Position numbers and translations under genes: made by a program. The notes below the pieces were generated by a model. That model saw nothing but the letters and a program-made list of their open reading frames with translations. It searched no databases and was not told the DNA's origin. A DNA stretch of 32,839 bases from Sulfurimonadaceae bacterium (GTDB lineage Bacteria; Campylobacterota; Campylobacteria; Campylobacterales; Sulfurimonadaceae): positions 1 through 32,839 of the forward strand of contig JBFEXN010000001.1 in assembly GCA_041562655.1 (NCBI GenBank). The letters are read 5' to 3'. This document shows, piece by piece, positions 8,653 through 18,112 of this stretch. Position 1 is the stretch's first letter, and each line of letters begins with the position of its first letter.

Positions 8653-9363
8653 ATGACTATAAACAAAAGCTTTTTAACAAATTTACTGGCACTTCTTCTT
8701 GCTGCTGTCGGGTTTGTACTACCTGATCCCTTCCACACATACCTTTTGTATGCAGGGCTGTTTGCACTTTCTGGTGCGTTGACAAATGCCATAGCTGTGC
8801 ATATGCTTTTTGAAAAGGTGCCTTTTTTGTACGGCTCAGGTGTGATCGGTGAAAACTTTGAGTCGTTTAAGAAGAGTATCAAAGAGCTGATGATGCGAGA
8901 GTTCTTTACGCCGGAGAACATGCAGCGCTTTTTGGAGCAGGAAGAGCAAAAACTGGACTTGGAACCGGTCATCGAAAAGACCGACTTCTCTCCGGCCTAT
9001 GATGCCTTGGCAAAGACGGTTATGGAATCGCCTTTTGGCGGAATGCTCGGTATGTTTGGAGGAGAGAAAGCGATCGAGGGGCTACGGGCACCTTTTGAGA
9101 CAAAGATGAAAATGGCAGTCAAAGAGATCGCCAAGAGTGAAGGGTTTCAAAATAATCTTAACGAGACACTTTCTGCTTCAAGTCTAAGTCTGGACTTGAA
9201 TGTAAAGATCGAGTCTGCGATCAATGCCAGAATGGAAGAGTTAGATGCGCAGATGGTCAAAGAGATGGTGCAGTGTATTATTGCCGAACACCTGGGCTGG
9301 CTTGTTGTATGGGGTGGCGTGTTTGGCGGAGCAATCGGTCTGCTTGGTTCACTCCTGCTCTAA
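8653..9363 (+). CDS. DUF445-like membrane protein
   Basis: N-terminal TM helices plus the GALTNAIAVHMLFEKVPF motif (TN.iA..MLF.P signature of DUF445/YheB-like proteins), and a C-terminal TM (LVVWGGVFGGAIGLLGSLLL). The ATG at 8653 is 6 nt after AGGA. The ORF track starts one codon earlier, at TTG 8650. Confidence 0.55.
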   Translation: MTINKSFLTNLLALLLAAVGFVLPDPFHTYLLYAGLFALSGALTNAIAVHMLFEKVPFLYGSGVIGENFESFKKSIKELMMREFFTPENMQRFLEQEEQKLDLEPVIEKTDFSPAYDALAKTVMESPFGGMLGMFGGEKAIEGLRAPFETKMKMAVKEIAKSEGFQNNLNETLSASSLSLDLNVKIESAINARMEELDAQMVKEMVQCIIAEHLGWLVVWGGVFGGAIGLLGSLLL

Positions 9364-9377
9364 AAGGGTGATAATCC

Positions 9378-9818
9378 TCAGGCCTCTATCACATATCTCA
9401 AGATATCAGCGACCTGTTTAGTCGTCGTAGCCCAGGCCATGGCTTGCGCGTCCACCTCTTTTAATGGGTGGATGATGTTCTCATCATGCAACGTGATATA
9501 GGGAATATCCAAGGCCGAGCATTGTCCAGCATCAAAGGCGGCATTCCACTGCTTATACTCCTGTCCAAAGCGTATGATCGCAATATCACTCTGTTTAAGC
9601 ATCGTCTTGGTACGGATCGCATTTACTTTTGCCGACTTGTGATCGCGCCAAAACTGTTTTTCTTCACTACCCAGATGATCACCTGCTGCATCACTGGCCT
9701 CGTGATCGGTCACAGCCGATACGTAAGTGATATCCAGGCCGGCTTCTTGTGTCTCAGCCATGATCTGTTCACGCCAAGAAGTGTGGATCTCTCCTGAAAG
9801 ATAAACGGTAAGTGCCAT
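9378..9818 (-). CDS. ytoQ: YtoQ-family protein (nucleoside 2-deoxyribosyltransferase-like fold)
   Basis: 146 aa. VYLSGEIHTSWREQI and FGQEYKQWNAAFDAG closely follow the B. subtilis YtoQ pattern (VYLAGEIH.NWRE.I / FGEKYKQWN.A.DA). Confidence 0.75.
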   Translation of the reverse strand: MALTVYLSGEIHTSWREQIMAETQEAGLDITYVSAVTDHEASDAAGDHLGSEEKQFWRDHKSAKVNAIRTKTMLKQSDIAIIRFGQEYKQWNAAFDAGQCSALDIPYITLHDENIIHPLKEVDAQAMAWATTTKQVADILRYVIEA

Positions 9819-9847
9819 GATGTTCCTTTAGTCGACGGATATGGAGA

Positions 9848-10054
9848 TTATGAGACGACTTTGATGTTCACATCGCCGATAGTGATGACTTCGCCAACGT
9901 TTATCTTGGCCCGCTTTCGTGTCTCTTCTTCACCATTACGCTTGACAAACCCTTCTGCTATGAGCTGTTTTGCCTCTGCCCCGCTGTCAACAAGGTCAGC
10001 TGCTTTGATCAGTTTGTAAAGTTCGATATATTCATCAGTGATTTTAAATTCCAT
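9848..10054 (-). CDS. S4-domain RNA-binding protein (YbcJ-like)
   Basis: MEFKITDEYIELYKLIKAADLVDSGAEAKQLIAEGFVKRNGEEETRKRAKINVGEVITIG matches the YbcJ pattern (SG..AK..IAEG.V.V.G..ETRKR.KI..G). The ORF-track extension to 10183 overlaps the divergent cytochrome b gene and looks non-coding. Confidence 0.7.
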   Translation of the reverse strand: MEFKITDEYIELYKLIKAADLVDSGAEAKQLIAEGFVKRNGEEETRKRAKINVGEVITIGDVNIKVVS

Positions 10055-10138
10055 ATTTGTCCATTGGCGTGATTTATAACGCAATAGTAACCAAGAGGTG
10101 TTAAAATACTCGTTAAGACAAACAATAAAAGGACGAAT

Positions 10139-10738
10139 ATGAAAAAGTGGAGTCTTAGTTTTAGACTGTGGCATTGGGCCCATGCTCTTGTGGTCCTTGG
10201 CCTTCTGGCTACGGTCCTTCTTCGCAAGACTTTTTTGAGTTGGCGGACGAACAGTGAGATACTGGCTACCAAGCTTTCGAGCATGGATATAGAGGTGAGT
10301 TCAGAACAAGCAGCATTGTTGGCAAAGGCTGTGCGCGCACCGATGTGGGAGTGGCACATCATACTGGGGTATGCCTTGGCCGCGCTCCTGCTATTTAGAA
10401 TTGGGCTCTTCTTTACACGAAGCGGAAGAGAGAACTTTATCGATATCAAATCATCTACGCTGCATAAAAAGATGGTTAAGATCGGTTATATCGGTATCTA
10501 TGTCATTCTTGGATTTATGGCATTGAGTGGTTTGAGCATACATTTTTATGAAGAATTGGGTCTGCTTAAAGAGCGTGCCCATGATATAAAAGAGATACAT
10601 GAACTCGTATTTAATGCGGTATGGATATTCGTGACCTTGCATATCGCAGGTGTCGTTATCGCAGATGCTACGGATGAAAGAGGTATCATCTCAAACATGA
10701 TCAATGGCGGAACTTTTCCGGAAGAAAAAGGAGTATAA
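10139..10738 (+). CDS. Cytochrome b561 / Ni-Fe-hydrogenase b-type cytochrome family membrane protein
   Basis: 199 aa with four TM helices. The N-terminal FRLWHWAHALVVLGLL and later conserved His residues (WEWHIILGY, TLHIAGV) are typical of PF01292-type di-haem cytochrome b. Confidence 0.7.
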   Translation: MKKWSLSFRLWHWAHALVVLGLLATVLLRKTFLSWRTNSEILATKLSSMDIEVSSEQAALLAKAVRAPMWEWHIILGYALAALLLFRIGLFFTRSGRENFIDIKSSTLHKKMVKIGYIGIYVILGFMALSGLSIHFYEELGLLKERAHDIKEIHELVFNAVWIFVTLHIAGVVIADATDERGIISNMINGGTFPEEKGV

Positions 10739-10742
10739 GAAG

Positions 10743-11198
10743 ATGAAAAAAAGTATAGTGATGCTGATGACGGCAGTTATGATATCCATTCCCATGTTAA
10801 GTGGCTGTGCCGGCAAAGGCCCTGAGTACAGTGGAAGCAGTTTTGATACGATAAAACGGGTCCAGATAGGCACCGTGATCTCAGAGCGACCTGTCGTGGT
10901 TAAAGATGATGGTCTTGGAACGTTTATCGGTGCTATTAGCGGTATGGTCTTGGGTTCATTCATAGGTGGCGGAAGAGCCAGTAGTCTGGGCACTTTAGGC
11001 GGTGGTCTTGCAGGAGCTTATGCCGGTAGCGAAGCAGGTAAGGCAAATGCGGAAGAACTGACGGTCGAACTTGACAACAATGAGATAGTCGTTATAGTGG
11101 TCAAGGGTGAGGATATGTATCAGAGTGGTGATCGTATCAAGATTATCAAAGATGGTACTAAAGTTGCAAATGTAGAAAAGCTAGAAGTCAACTATTGA
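10743..11198 (+). CDS. Outer-membrane lipoprotein with glycine-zipper domain (SlyB-like)
   Basis: Lipoprotein signal MKKSIVMLMTAVMISIPMLSGC (lipobox LSGC) and glycine zipper GAISGMVLGSFIGGGRASSLGTLGGGLAGAYAG. The ATG at 10743 follows an AAGGAG SD, 5 nt after the cytochrome b stop. Confidence 0.75.
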   Translation: MKKSIVMLMTAVMISIPMLSGCAGKGPEYSGSSFDTIKRVQIGTVISERPVVVKDDGLGTFIGAISGMVLGSFIGGGRASSLGTLGGGLAGAYAGSEAGKANAEELTVELDNNEIVVIVVKGEDMYQSGDRIKIIKDGTKVANVEKLEVNY

Positions 11199-11203
11199 AT
11201 GAA

Positions 11204-11224
11204 AGATCGGGAAGTTTCCCATCT
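11204..11224. terminator. Possible bidirectional hairpin between convergent genes
   Basis: AGATCGGGAAGTTTCCCATCT is an imperfect inverted repeat (AGAT.GGGA / TCCC.ATCT) lying between the lipoprotein stop (11198) and the RRM gene stop (11238). Confidence 0.3.
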
Positions 11225-11237
11225 CTCAAAGTGTCTT

Positions 11238-11522
11238 TTACCAAGTGTCTCTTGGGGGGCGTGCAGGGCGGGGACGTGCTTCGTTTACGCGTAAAGTTCT
11301 TCCATCAAACTCTTTTCCTTCCAGATCAGAAATCGCTTCATCTGCACAGCTGCCTTCGGCCATCTCTACAAATCCGAATCCACGAAATCTGCCTGTCTCT
11401 CGGTCATTGACGAATTTTACTGAATTCACTTCACCAAATTTTGCAAACAAGTTTTGCAAGTCCTCTTCTGTTTTACTATACGGGATATTACCTACATAGA
11501 TCTGTTTCACATTGCACTCCAT
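11238..11522 (-). CDS. Single-RRM RNA-binding protein
   Basis: 94 aa with RNP-2 IYVGNI, RNP-1 RGFGFVEM and an Arg/Pro-rich tail RPRPARPPRDTW. Confidence 0.85.
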   Translation of the reverse strand: MECNVKQIYVGNIPYSKTEEDLQNLFAKFGEVNSVKFVNDRETGRFRGFGFVEMAEGSCADEAISDLEGKEFDGRTLRVNEARPRPARPPRDTW

Positions 11523-11741
11523 TGAAATTTTATTATTAAAATAAAACTGTAAATAACAGAAATAAATAATAATATTTTATAGTAATATAATTTTTCTTAA
11601 TAATAACTGTGTGAATATAAAGAATGGATCACTGTGGCTTATTCTTGTTTTTTTTCGAAATCTCATCCATGCTTATCGGTTTTATTCTTTAAAGAACACA
11701 GCTTATGATACAATTAATCAACTAAGGATGGAGAGTGAAAG

Positions 11742-13694
11742 ATGGAGCATACAAAGTTTTTTCCAAGTGAAGCATTAAGCGCACAAGCCAATATCAAAAG
11801 TATGGATGAATACTGGGGACTTCAGAACCAGGCGATAAAGGATTATGAGGGGTTTTGGGATGGCTATGCCAGAGATAAGATAGATTGGATAAAACCTTAC
11901 AGCAAGGTCCTGGATGAATCAGAAGCACCTTTTTACAAATGGTTTGACGGTGGTGAACTGAACGTTTCTGTTCAGTGTATAGACCGGCATCTAAATGATA
12001 AGAAGGATAAGACGGCGATCCTTTTTGAGGGAGAACATGGAGATATCCAAAGGATCTCCTATGCACAACTCTCGGTGCGTGTGAACAAGACAGCTAACCT
12101 TTTAAGAAATCGTTATGGGGTCACAAAAGGTGATCGGGTCGTCATCTATATGCCTATGATCCCGGAAGCTGCATATATGATGCTTGCATGTGCACGCATT
12201 GGAGCAATTCATTCTGTTGTGTTTGGTGGTTTTTCCTCTGATGCCATTCGTGATCGCATCGAAGATGCTGATGCAAAAATGGTGATTACGGCGGACGGTG
12301 CATATCGCAGGGGTAAACCTTATATGCTAAAACCTATTGTTGATACGGCCTTGTCACAAGGGTGTACGACAATAGAGAAAGTATTGGTCGTAAAAAGAAA
12401 CAATGAACCCATAGAGATAGTCGATGGACGTGACGAGATATATAATGATCTTATTGAAGCGGAGTCGGAGGTCTGTGAACCGGAGGTGATGCAGAGTGAA
12501 GACCCTCTTTTTCTTCTGTACACTTCAGGAAGCACAGGCAAACCCAAAGGTGTACAGCATAGCCAGGCTGGATATATCCTCTGGGCACAGATGACGATGG
12601 AGTGGGTTTTTGATCTGAAGCCGGATGATATCTACTGGTGTACAGCAGACGTTGGATGGATCACGGGACATACCTATATTGTCTATGGACCGCTTGCGAG
12701 TGGGGCGACAACGGTGATGTTTGAGGGCGTGCCTGTGTTTCCGGATGCTGGCCGTTGGTGGAAGATGGTAGAAGAACTAAAGATAACACAGTTCTACACG
12801 GCGCCCACAGCTATTCGTATGCTGCATAAGGTGGGAAATGACGAGCCCAAAAAATATGACTTGAGCAGCTTGCGGATCTTGGGAACCGTGGGAGAGCCGA
12901 TCAATCCCGAGGCATGGATGTGGTATTACAATGAGGTGGGTGGCGGAAGATGTGCTATCGTGGATACCTGGTGGCAAACAGAGACAGGTGGCCACATCAT
13001 ATCACCTTTGCCGGGTGCGACACCGACCATTCCGGGCTGTGCTACCTTTGCTATCCCTGGGATCATGGCAGAAGTCCTGGATGAAACTGGTCATCCAACT
13101 CCTCCCGGGGAGACGGGTCTTTTATGTATAACGAAGCCGTGGCCAGCAATGATCCGCGGTATCTGGGGGGATCCGGAACGTTTTAAGAAGTCTTATTTTG
13201 GCGATGTGAAAAAAGATGGTAAACCGGTTTATTTTTCCGGTGACGGTGCGATGGTCGATGAGGAGGGTTATATCACGATAACCGGTAGGACGGATGATGT
13301 CATTAACGTATCAGGACACCGCATCGGTTCGGCCGAAGTCGAAGCAAGTATCGGCAATGCACCTTTTGTCGCGGAGTCAGCTGTCATTGGACAGCCCGAT
13401 GATATCAAAGGTGAATCACTTTGCGCCTTTGTCATCTTGAATAATGGGGTGAAGGGTGAAGAGGCTGATCTGTCCGAGCAGATCAACGAGGTTCTAAAAA
13501 ACGAGATCGGCTCTTTTGCCAAATGTGACCGCTTTGTCTTTGTCCCGGGGCTTCCAAAAACGCGATCAGGAAAGATCATGCGTCGTATATTACGCTCTGT
13601 TGCCAAAGGTGAGGCCATCACTCAAGATATCACGACGTTGGAAGACCCGGGTATTGTAGAAGCTATCATTGAAGCATCGAAGAGAAACAAATAA
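11742..13694 (+). CDS. acs: Acetyl-CoA synthetase (AMP-forming)
   Basis: 650 aa. Motifs seen: AMP-binding signature [27 protein letters not shown], and the catalytic C-terminal [14 protein letters not shown]. Confidence 0.95.
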   Translation: MEHTKFFPSEALSAQANIKSMDEYWGLQNQAIKDYEGFWDGYARDKIDWIKPYSKVLDESEAPFYKWFDGGELNVSVQCIDRHLNDKKDKTAILFEGEHGDIQRISYAQLSVRVNKTANLLRNRYGVTKGDRVVIYMPMIPEAAYMMLACARIGAIHSVVFGGFSSDAIRDRIEDADAKMVITADGAYRRGKPYMLKPIVDTALSQGCTTIEKVLVVKRNNEPIEIVDGRDEIYNDLIEAESEVCEPEVMQSEDPLFLLYTSGSTGKPKGVQHSQAGYILWAQMTMEWVFDLKPDDIYWCTADVGWITGHTYIVYGPLASGATTVMFEGVPVFPDAGRWWKMVEELKITQFYTAPTAIRMLHKVGNDEPKKYDLSSLRILGTVGEPINPEAWMWYYNEVGGGRCAIVDTWWQTETGGHIISPLPGATPTIPGCATFAIPGIMAEVLDETGHPTPPGETGLLCITKPWPAMIRGIWGDPERFKKSYFGDVKKDGKPVYFSGDGAMVDEEGYITITGRTDDVINVSGHRIGSAEVEASIGNAPFVAESAVIGQPDDIKGESLCAFVILNNGVKGEEADLSEQINEVLKNEIGSFAKCDRFVFVPGLPKTRSGKIMRRILRSVAKGEAITQDITTLEDPGIVEAIIEASKRNK

Positions 13695-13740
13695 GAGTGT
13701 TCATCTACGGTATTTAAGATACTGAAACATTATTTTTGCT

Positions 13741-14187
13741 ATGCTGTTGGGAATGAAAACCTGTATTTGTGGAAACGATCTTCCCTTTGAGAAGTGTTGC
13801 GGCCGATTTGTCAACGAAGGGGAACTGCCTCTAAAGGCCGTTGAGTTAATGCGTTCACGTTACAGTGCCTATGTCCTAAAAAATGGGGAGTACCTTTATA
13901 CGACCTGTTCTAAAGCTCTACAAGATCCTGAGGATATCGAGCTTATCAAGGCTCACAAGATCGAATGGATTGGATTGAAAATCCTTGATGAACGTGAGGA
14001 TGAAGTGACATTTATGGCGTATTACAAAGAGGGTGGCAAGATCGAGGTCATGAAGGAGCGGTCCTTTTTTATACGTGAAGAGGGAAGGCTGAAATATGAC
14101 CGAGGTGAGATGCTCGATGCACAGATCCTCAGGAACGACACCTGTCCTTGCGGCAGTGGGAAAAAATATAAAAGATGTTGTGGATAG
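13741..14187 (+). CDS. ychJ: YchJ-family protein with N- and C-terminal SEC-C metal-binding motifs
   Basis: CICGNDLPFEKCCG at the N-terminus, CPCGSGKKYKRCCG at the C-terminus, and a central NTF2-like region. The true start may be the ATG at 13753 (MKTC). Confidence 0.8.
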   Translation: MLLGMKTCICGNDLPFEKCCGRFVNEGELPLKAVELMRSRYSAYVLKNGEYLYTTCSKALQDPEDIELIKAHKIEWIGLKILDEREDEVTFMAYYKEGGKIEVMKERSFFIREEGRLKYDRGEMLDAQILRNDTCPCGSGKKYKRCCG

Positions 14188-14200
14188 GTAAAAGGTATAT

Positions 14201-16324
14201 ATGAAAATCAGCAAGCAATTCGATCTTAAAGATAGTGTACACACACTACAGTTAGTGGGTGATAATACGCTTGCCTGCCTTGATGTAAACAACGCTTTTC
14301 GTACCTTTGATCTGGATACGTTTAAATTGGTCGACGGTTTTAAAAGCGGGCTTCCGTCTAACATCCCCTATGTCAATAATATGGCTATTTCACCCGATGG
14401 AAGTCATCTGAGCTTTTATAATAAAGAGCTCAAAGAGGTCTCTATCTTCGATCTAAACTCCCGGAAGTTCAAGCATTCTATTAAAAACCATCCCGGCGGT
14501 GTGGAGACTGTCGCCTTTACGCAGGACAGTAAATACCTGATCACGGGTGGGATGGAAGGACGACTCTATATGTGGGGTGTCTCCAGCGGCCAAAAGGTCG
14601 ATACACTCTCTCATCACAGCGATGCTATCTTGAGTATAGCCGGGAATGATAACGGCCGCTGGATAGCGACGGCCGGATACGACAGGGTCATCAAGGTCTT
14701 TAATCGTTCTTTTCGAAAAAATCACTACAAGTTGATCTCACATAAAGAGGCGGTGACGACAGTCAATTTTCTCTCCAAACAGAGACTTCTTTCTACGGAC
14801 AAAGAGGGGACGATCCTTATTTGGGATATTGTCAAGTCAAAGGTCCTGACACGCTTGCCCAAGTTTGATTCACACATCACATCTGTCTGCATCGATAAAG
14901 AGGAGAACTTTCTGTTTGTAGCGGGAATCGGCGGTATGGTCGGTCTGTATCATCTGAAAGAGCAAAGAGTGTTAAAGATCGACTTTTTGAAGCAGTTGGC
15001 CGGCGTGACGCAGATGCAGTACTGCGATGAGAAGAACCTGCTTATCTTTGGGTTAAGTAATGGCCATATTTCCATCTATGAGTTGAACAAAGAGAATCAA
15101 GTATTTACAGAACTGATGCAGAAGAAGGACTTTCACGCCTGCTATACCATGGTCGAGGACAATCCACTTCTGTGCTATTCTAAAGAGTATGAGTCCTTGG
15201 AAAAGCTTTTTGAACGGGTCTATGCCCATGCCAAAAACTTATTACGTTCAGAGAAAAAAAATGAGGCGAAAGAGTTGTTGAAAAACTTCACGGCTTCCTC
15301 TGAAAAGCGTCTGATTGTTCAAAAACTCTTTAATGACTTTAATCTTTTCTCGAGTTTTATCAACGCAATAAGATCTAAGAAGTACATGATGGCGTATTCC
15401 CTCGCGGCAGAGTACCCTACGCTCAAAGAGACGCCCGAATACGCTAAGATGGAAGAGGAGTGGAGCAAGGTCTTGATCGTCGTCCGTAAGATTATCAATG
15501 AAAAATCAAGTGAAGCGAAGATCAAGCAGTTATTTAAACCTTTTATGGGCGTGCCGGGGAAAAACTTGATCATCAAGACCCTCTATACCAATCGAAATGT
15601 CTTTATCCTGTTTCGAAAATATCTCAAAGAGAAAGATTATTTCAATGCCTTTAAACTTGCAGGCGGGCATCCTTTTATAGAGGAATTGGAAGAGTATGAG
15701 AGTCTGTTGAAAATCGGTGAGATGTTTCAGGAGAAGACGCAGCAGACATTTAATGATGGTGGATATTATGACTCGGTAAAACTATGTGACACGCTCTTGT
15801 CCTTCCCCAAACAAAAAGAGTTTGCAGAAGGCTTGAGGAACAAGGCAAATATCTATGCGGAGACGATGAAGTATTATGCAGACAAACAGTTTGCTGCAGT
15901 CTATAATATGATCGAGGAACACCCATTTTTAGAGGATGCAAAGATCGCTGTAGACATAGAAGGAGACTTTTTAAAGCATTATGAAAAGGCAGAGTATTAT
16001 GCAGCAGCGGGGAATGTGGCTGAGCTCAAGCAAGTCATGGAAAAGTTCTCGAAAATAAGGTCTAAACAGCCCTCTATCTATCACCTTGTCAAGATCGCTT
16101 ATTGGGCGCAGATAGAGCAAGGGGCAAGGGCCAAACTGCCCGATTCGGCCTTGAAAGACGGTTTTGCCAAGTATGAGAAATTCTTTGGATGTGACAGTAT
16201 GCTCGAAGACCTATTGTCCGGGATCCAACAATACAGAAATCTTAAGGTCACATTTTCAACCCAGCAGCCAAAAGAGTATAAGGGCGGAATGGATGCCTTG
16301 GACATAAAGATCGTAGAGATCTAG
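14201..16324 (+). CDS. WD40 beta-propeller protein with a C-terminal four-repeat alpha-helical domain
   Basis: 707 aa. The N-terminal ~300 aa contain WD-like blades (GRLYMWGV, DRVIKVFN, GTILIWDI, GMVGLYHL, GHISIYEL). The C-terminal ~400 aa are helical and contain four ~85-aa repeats. The gene starts 13 nt after the YchJ stop, with an AAAGG SD. Confidence 0.8.
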   Translation: MKISKQFDLKDSVHTLQLVGDNTLACLDVNNAFRTFDLDTFKLVDGFKSGLPSNIPYVNNMAISPDGSHLSFYNKELKEVSIFDLNSRKFKHSIKNHPGGVETVAFTQDSKYLITGGMEGRLYMWGVSSGQKVDTLSHHSDAILSIAGNDNGRWIATAGYDRVIKVFNRSFRKNHYKLISHKEAVTTVNFLSKQRLLSTDKEGTILIWDIVKSKVLTRLPKFDSHITSVCIDKEENFLFVAGIGGMVGLYHLKEQRVLKIDFLKQLAGVTQMQYCDEKNLLIFGLSNGHISIYELNKENQVFTELMQKKDFHACYTMVEDNPLLCYSKEYESLEKLFERVYAHAKNLLRSEKKNEAKELLKNFTASSEKRLIVQKLFNDFNLFSSFINAIRSKKYMMAYSLAAEYPTLKETPEYAKMEEEWSKVLIVVRKIINEKSSEAKIKQLFKPFMGVPGKNLIIKTLYTNRNVFILFRKYLKEKDYFNAFKLAGGHPFIEELEEYESLLKIGEMFQEKTQQTFNDGGYYDSVKLCDTLLSFPKQKEFAEGLRNKANIYAETMKYYADKQFAAVYNMIEEHPFLEDAKIAVDIEGDFLKHYEKAEYYAAAGNVAELKQVMEKFSKIRSKQPSIYHLVKIAYWAQIEQGARAKLPDSALKDGFAKYEKFFGCDSMLEDLLSGIQQYRNLKVTFSTQQPKEYKGGMDALDIKIVEI

Positions 16325-16508
16325 CGTCTTGGCATAGTCCCTGTCTTGTACTCTAGTCTAGCCATTCACCGCTGTTAAAGTGGACCTTGTCATGGCATCA
16401 ACCACTATTAACCTCTGATTCGATATAATTTCAAAAATATTAAACAGGGTCTTATAGAAACTTATAGAACAAGTTTGCATAAGGCCTTTTACACTAAGGT
16501 GAGAACAT

Positions 16509-18110
16509 ATGGTTTCAGTAAATAATTTAACGATGCGTTTTGGTTCGCGTGTCCTTTTTGATAATGTGAACCTAAAGCTTGACCAACACAAGCGTTATGG
16601 ACTAATCGGCGCGAATGGTGCCGGTAAGACAACATTTTTAAAGATACTCTCAGGTCAGATCAACGAGTATGAGGGTGAAGTGTCGATCGGCTCAGGTCTA
16701 AAAGTCGGTGTTTTGGGGCAAAATCAGTTTGCCTTTGAAGACTTTACGATCATGGATGCCGTTTTGTATGGAAACAGACGTCTTTATGATGCGATCAAGG
16801 AGAAAGAAGAACTGTACGTAACAGGCGACTTTGATGATGACGCGACAAATAACCGTCTTGCAGAACTGGAGACGATCTGTGTTGAAGAGGATCCGACGTA
16901 TGAGTACGACGTGCATATTACAAAGATTCTTGAAAATCTTGGCATCCCGTCTGAGATCCATAATGATCTTATGTCAACAGTAGAGTCTTCAACAAAGATC
17001 AAGGTCCTTTTGGCGCAAGTACTCTTTCCTAAACCGGAAGTACTCTTCCTGGATGAGCCTACGAATAACCTTGACATCGATACGATCGGTTGGTTGGAAG
17101 ATGAACTTAAGCGTCATGAGGGAACCCTTGTTGTTATCTCTCACGATAGACACTTCATCAACTCTGTCGTGACGAATATCCTGGATGTGGATTATCAAAA
17201 GATCCGTCAGTTTACGGGTAATTATGATGACTGGTATATCGCATCAACAGTCATGGCTAAACAACAAGAGGCAGACCGTTCTAAGGCTGAAAAAGAGAAG
17301 GCTGAACTTGAAGCCTTTGTCCGTCGTTTCTCTGCGAATGCATCTAAGGCAAAACAGGCGACTTCTAGACAAAAGCAGCTTGAGAAGATCAACATCGAAG
17401 ACATCAAGCCATCATCCCGCCGTGATCCGAGTATCGTCTTTACTGCCAAGCGCCAGATGGGTGATGAAGCACTGGAGATCAAGGACATCACACATGATTA
17501 TGGTGAAGGCGGTGGTCCTCTTCTTAACGGCATCTCTTTACGTATCGATCCGGGTGAGAAGATCGCTATTATCGGGCCAAATGGTATCGGTAAGACAACA
17601 CTTCTGAAGATCATCATGGAAGAGATCAAGCCGACAAGCGGAACGGTAAAATGGGGCGCGACGATCGAGCCGTCTTATTTCCCTCAAGACACTGTCGAGA
17701 CGATCTCGGGTGATGGGACTCTGTACGACTGGTTACGTGGATTTGACCCTAAGCGTGACATCGCTGAGATCCGTAACTGTCTTGGGCGTATGCTTTTTAA
17801 CGGGGAACAGCAAGAGAAATCTGTCGTCAGTATCTCAGGGGGCGAGAAACACCGTATGATGCTCTCTAAGATGATGCTAGAACAGGGGAACTTCTTGGTA
17901 CTCGATGAGCCTACCAATCACCTTGACCTTGAAGCGATTATCGCATTAGGTGAGGGACTGCGTGATTTCAAAGGAAATGTCATCTGTACTTCACATGACC
18001 GTGAGTTGCTTGATGCGTTTGCCGGGCGTATTATCAGACTTGAAGAAGATGGTTCTTACACGGACTTTAAGGGGACATACGAAGAGTTCGCTGAGGCACA
18101 CGGGCACTAA
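16509..18110 (+). CDS. ABC-F family ATPase (YbiT-like size, no TM domain)
   Basis: 533 aa with two ABC cassettes: Walker A GANGAGKTT and GPNGIGKTT, signature LSGGEKHR, Walker B LFLDEPTN / LVLDEPTN. A charged inter-domain linker (KQQEADRSKAEKEKAELEAFVRRF) is also present. Confidence 0.9.
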   Translation: MVSVNNLTMRFGSRVLFDNVNLKLDQHKRYGLIGANGAGKTTFLKILSGQINEYEGEVSIGSGLKVGVLGQNQFAFEDFTIMDAVLYGNRRLYDAIKEKEELYVTGDFDDDATNNRLAELETICVEEDPTYEYDVHITKILENLGIPSEIHNDLMSTVESSTKIKVLLAQVLFPKPEVLFLDEPTNNLDIDTIGWLEDELKRHEGTLVVISHDRHFINSVVTNILDVDYQKIRQFTGNYDDWYIASTVMAKQQEADRSKAEKEKAELEAFVRRFSANASKAKQATSRQKQLEKINIEDIKPSSRRDPSIVFTAKRQMGDEALEIKDITHDYGEGGGPLLNGISLRIDPGEKIAIIGPNGIGKTTLLKIIMEEIKPTSGTVKWGATIEPSYFPQDTVETISGDGTLYDWLRGFDPKRDIAEIRNCLGRMLFNGEQQEKSVVSISGGEKHRMMLSKMMLEQGNFLVLDEPTNHLDLEAIIALGEGLRDFKGNVICTSHDRELLDAFAGRIIRLEEDGSYTDFKGTYEEFAEAHGH

Positions 18111-18112
18111 AA

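Noticed and set aside
10055-10183. N-terminal 43-aa extension of the S4-domain ORF (ORF-track start at 10183).
   Set aside because: The extension overlaps the divergent cytochrome b gene start and has odd composition. The YbcJ-like homology begins exactly at the internal Met (MEFKIT) at 10054.
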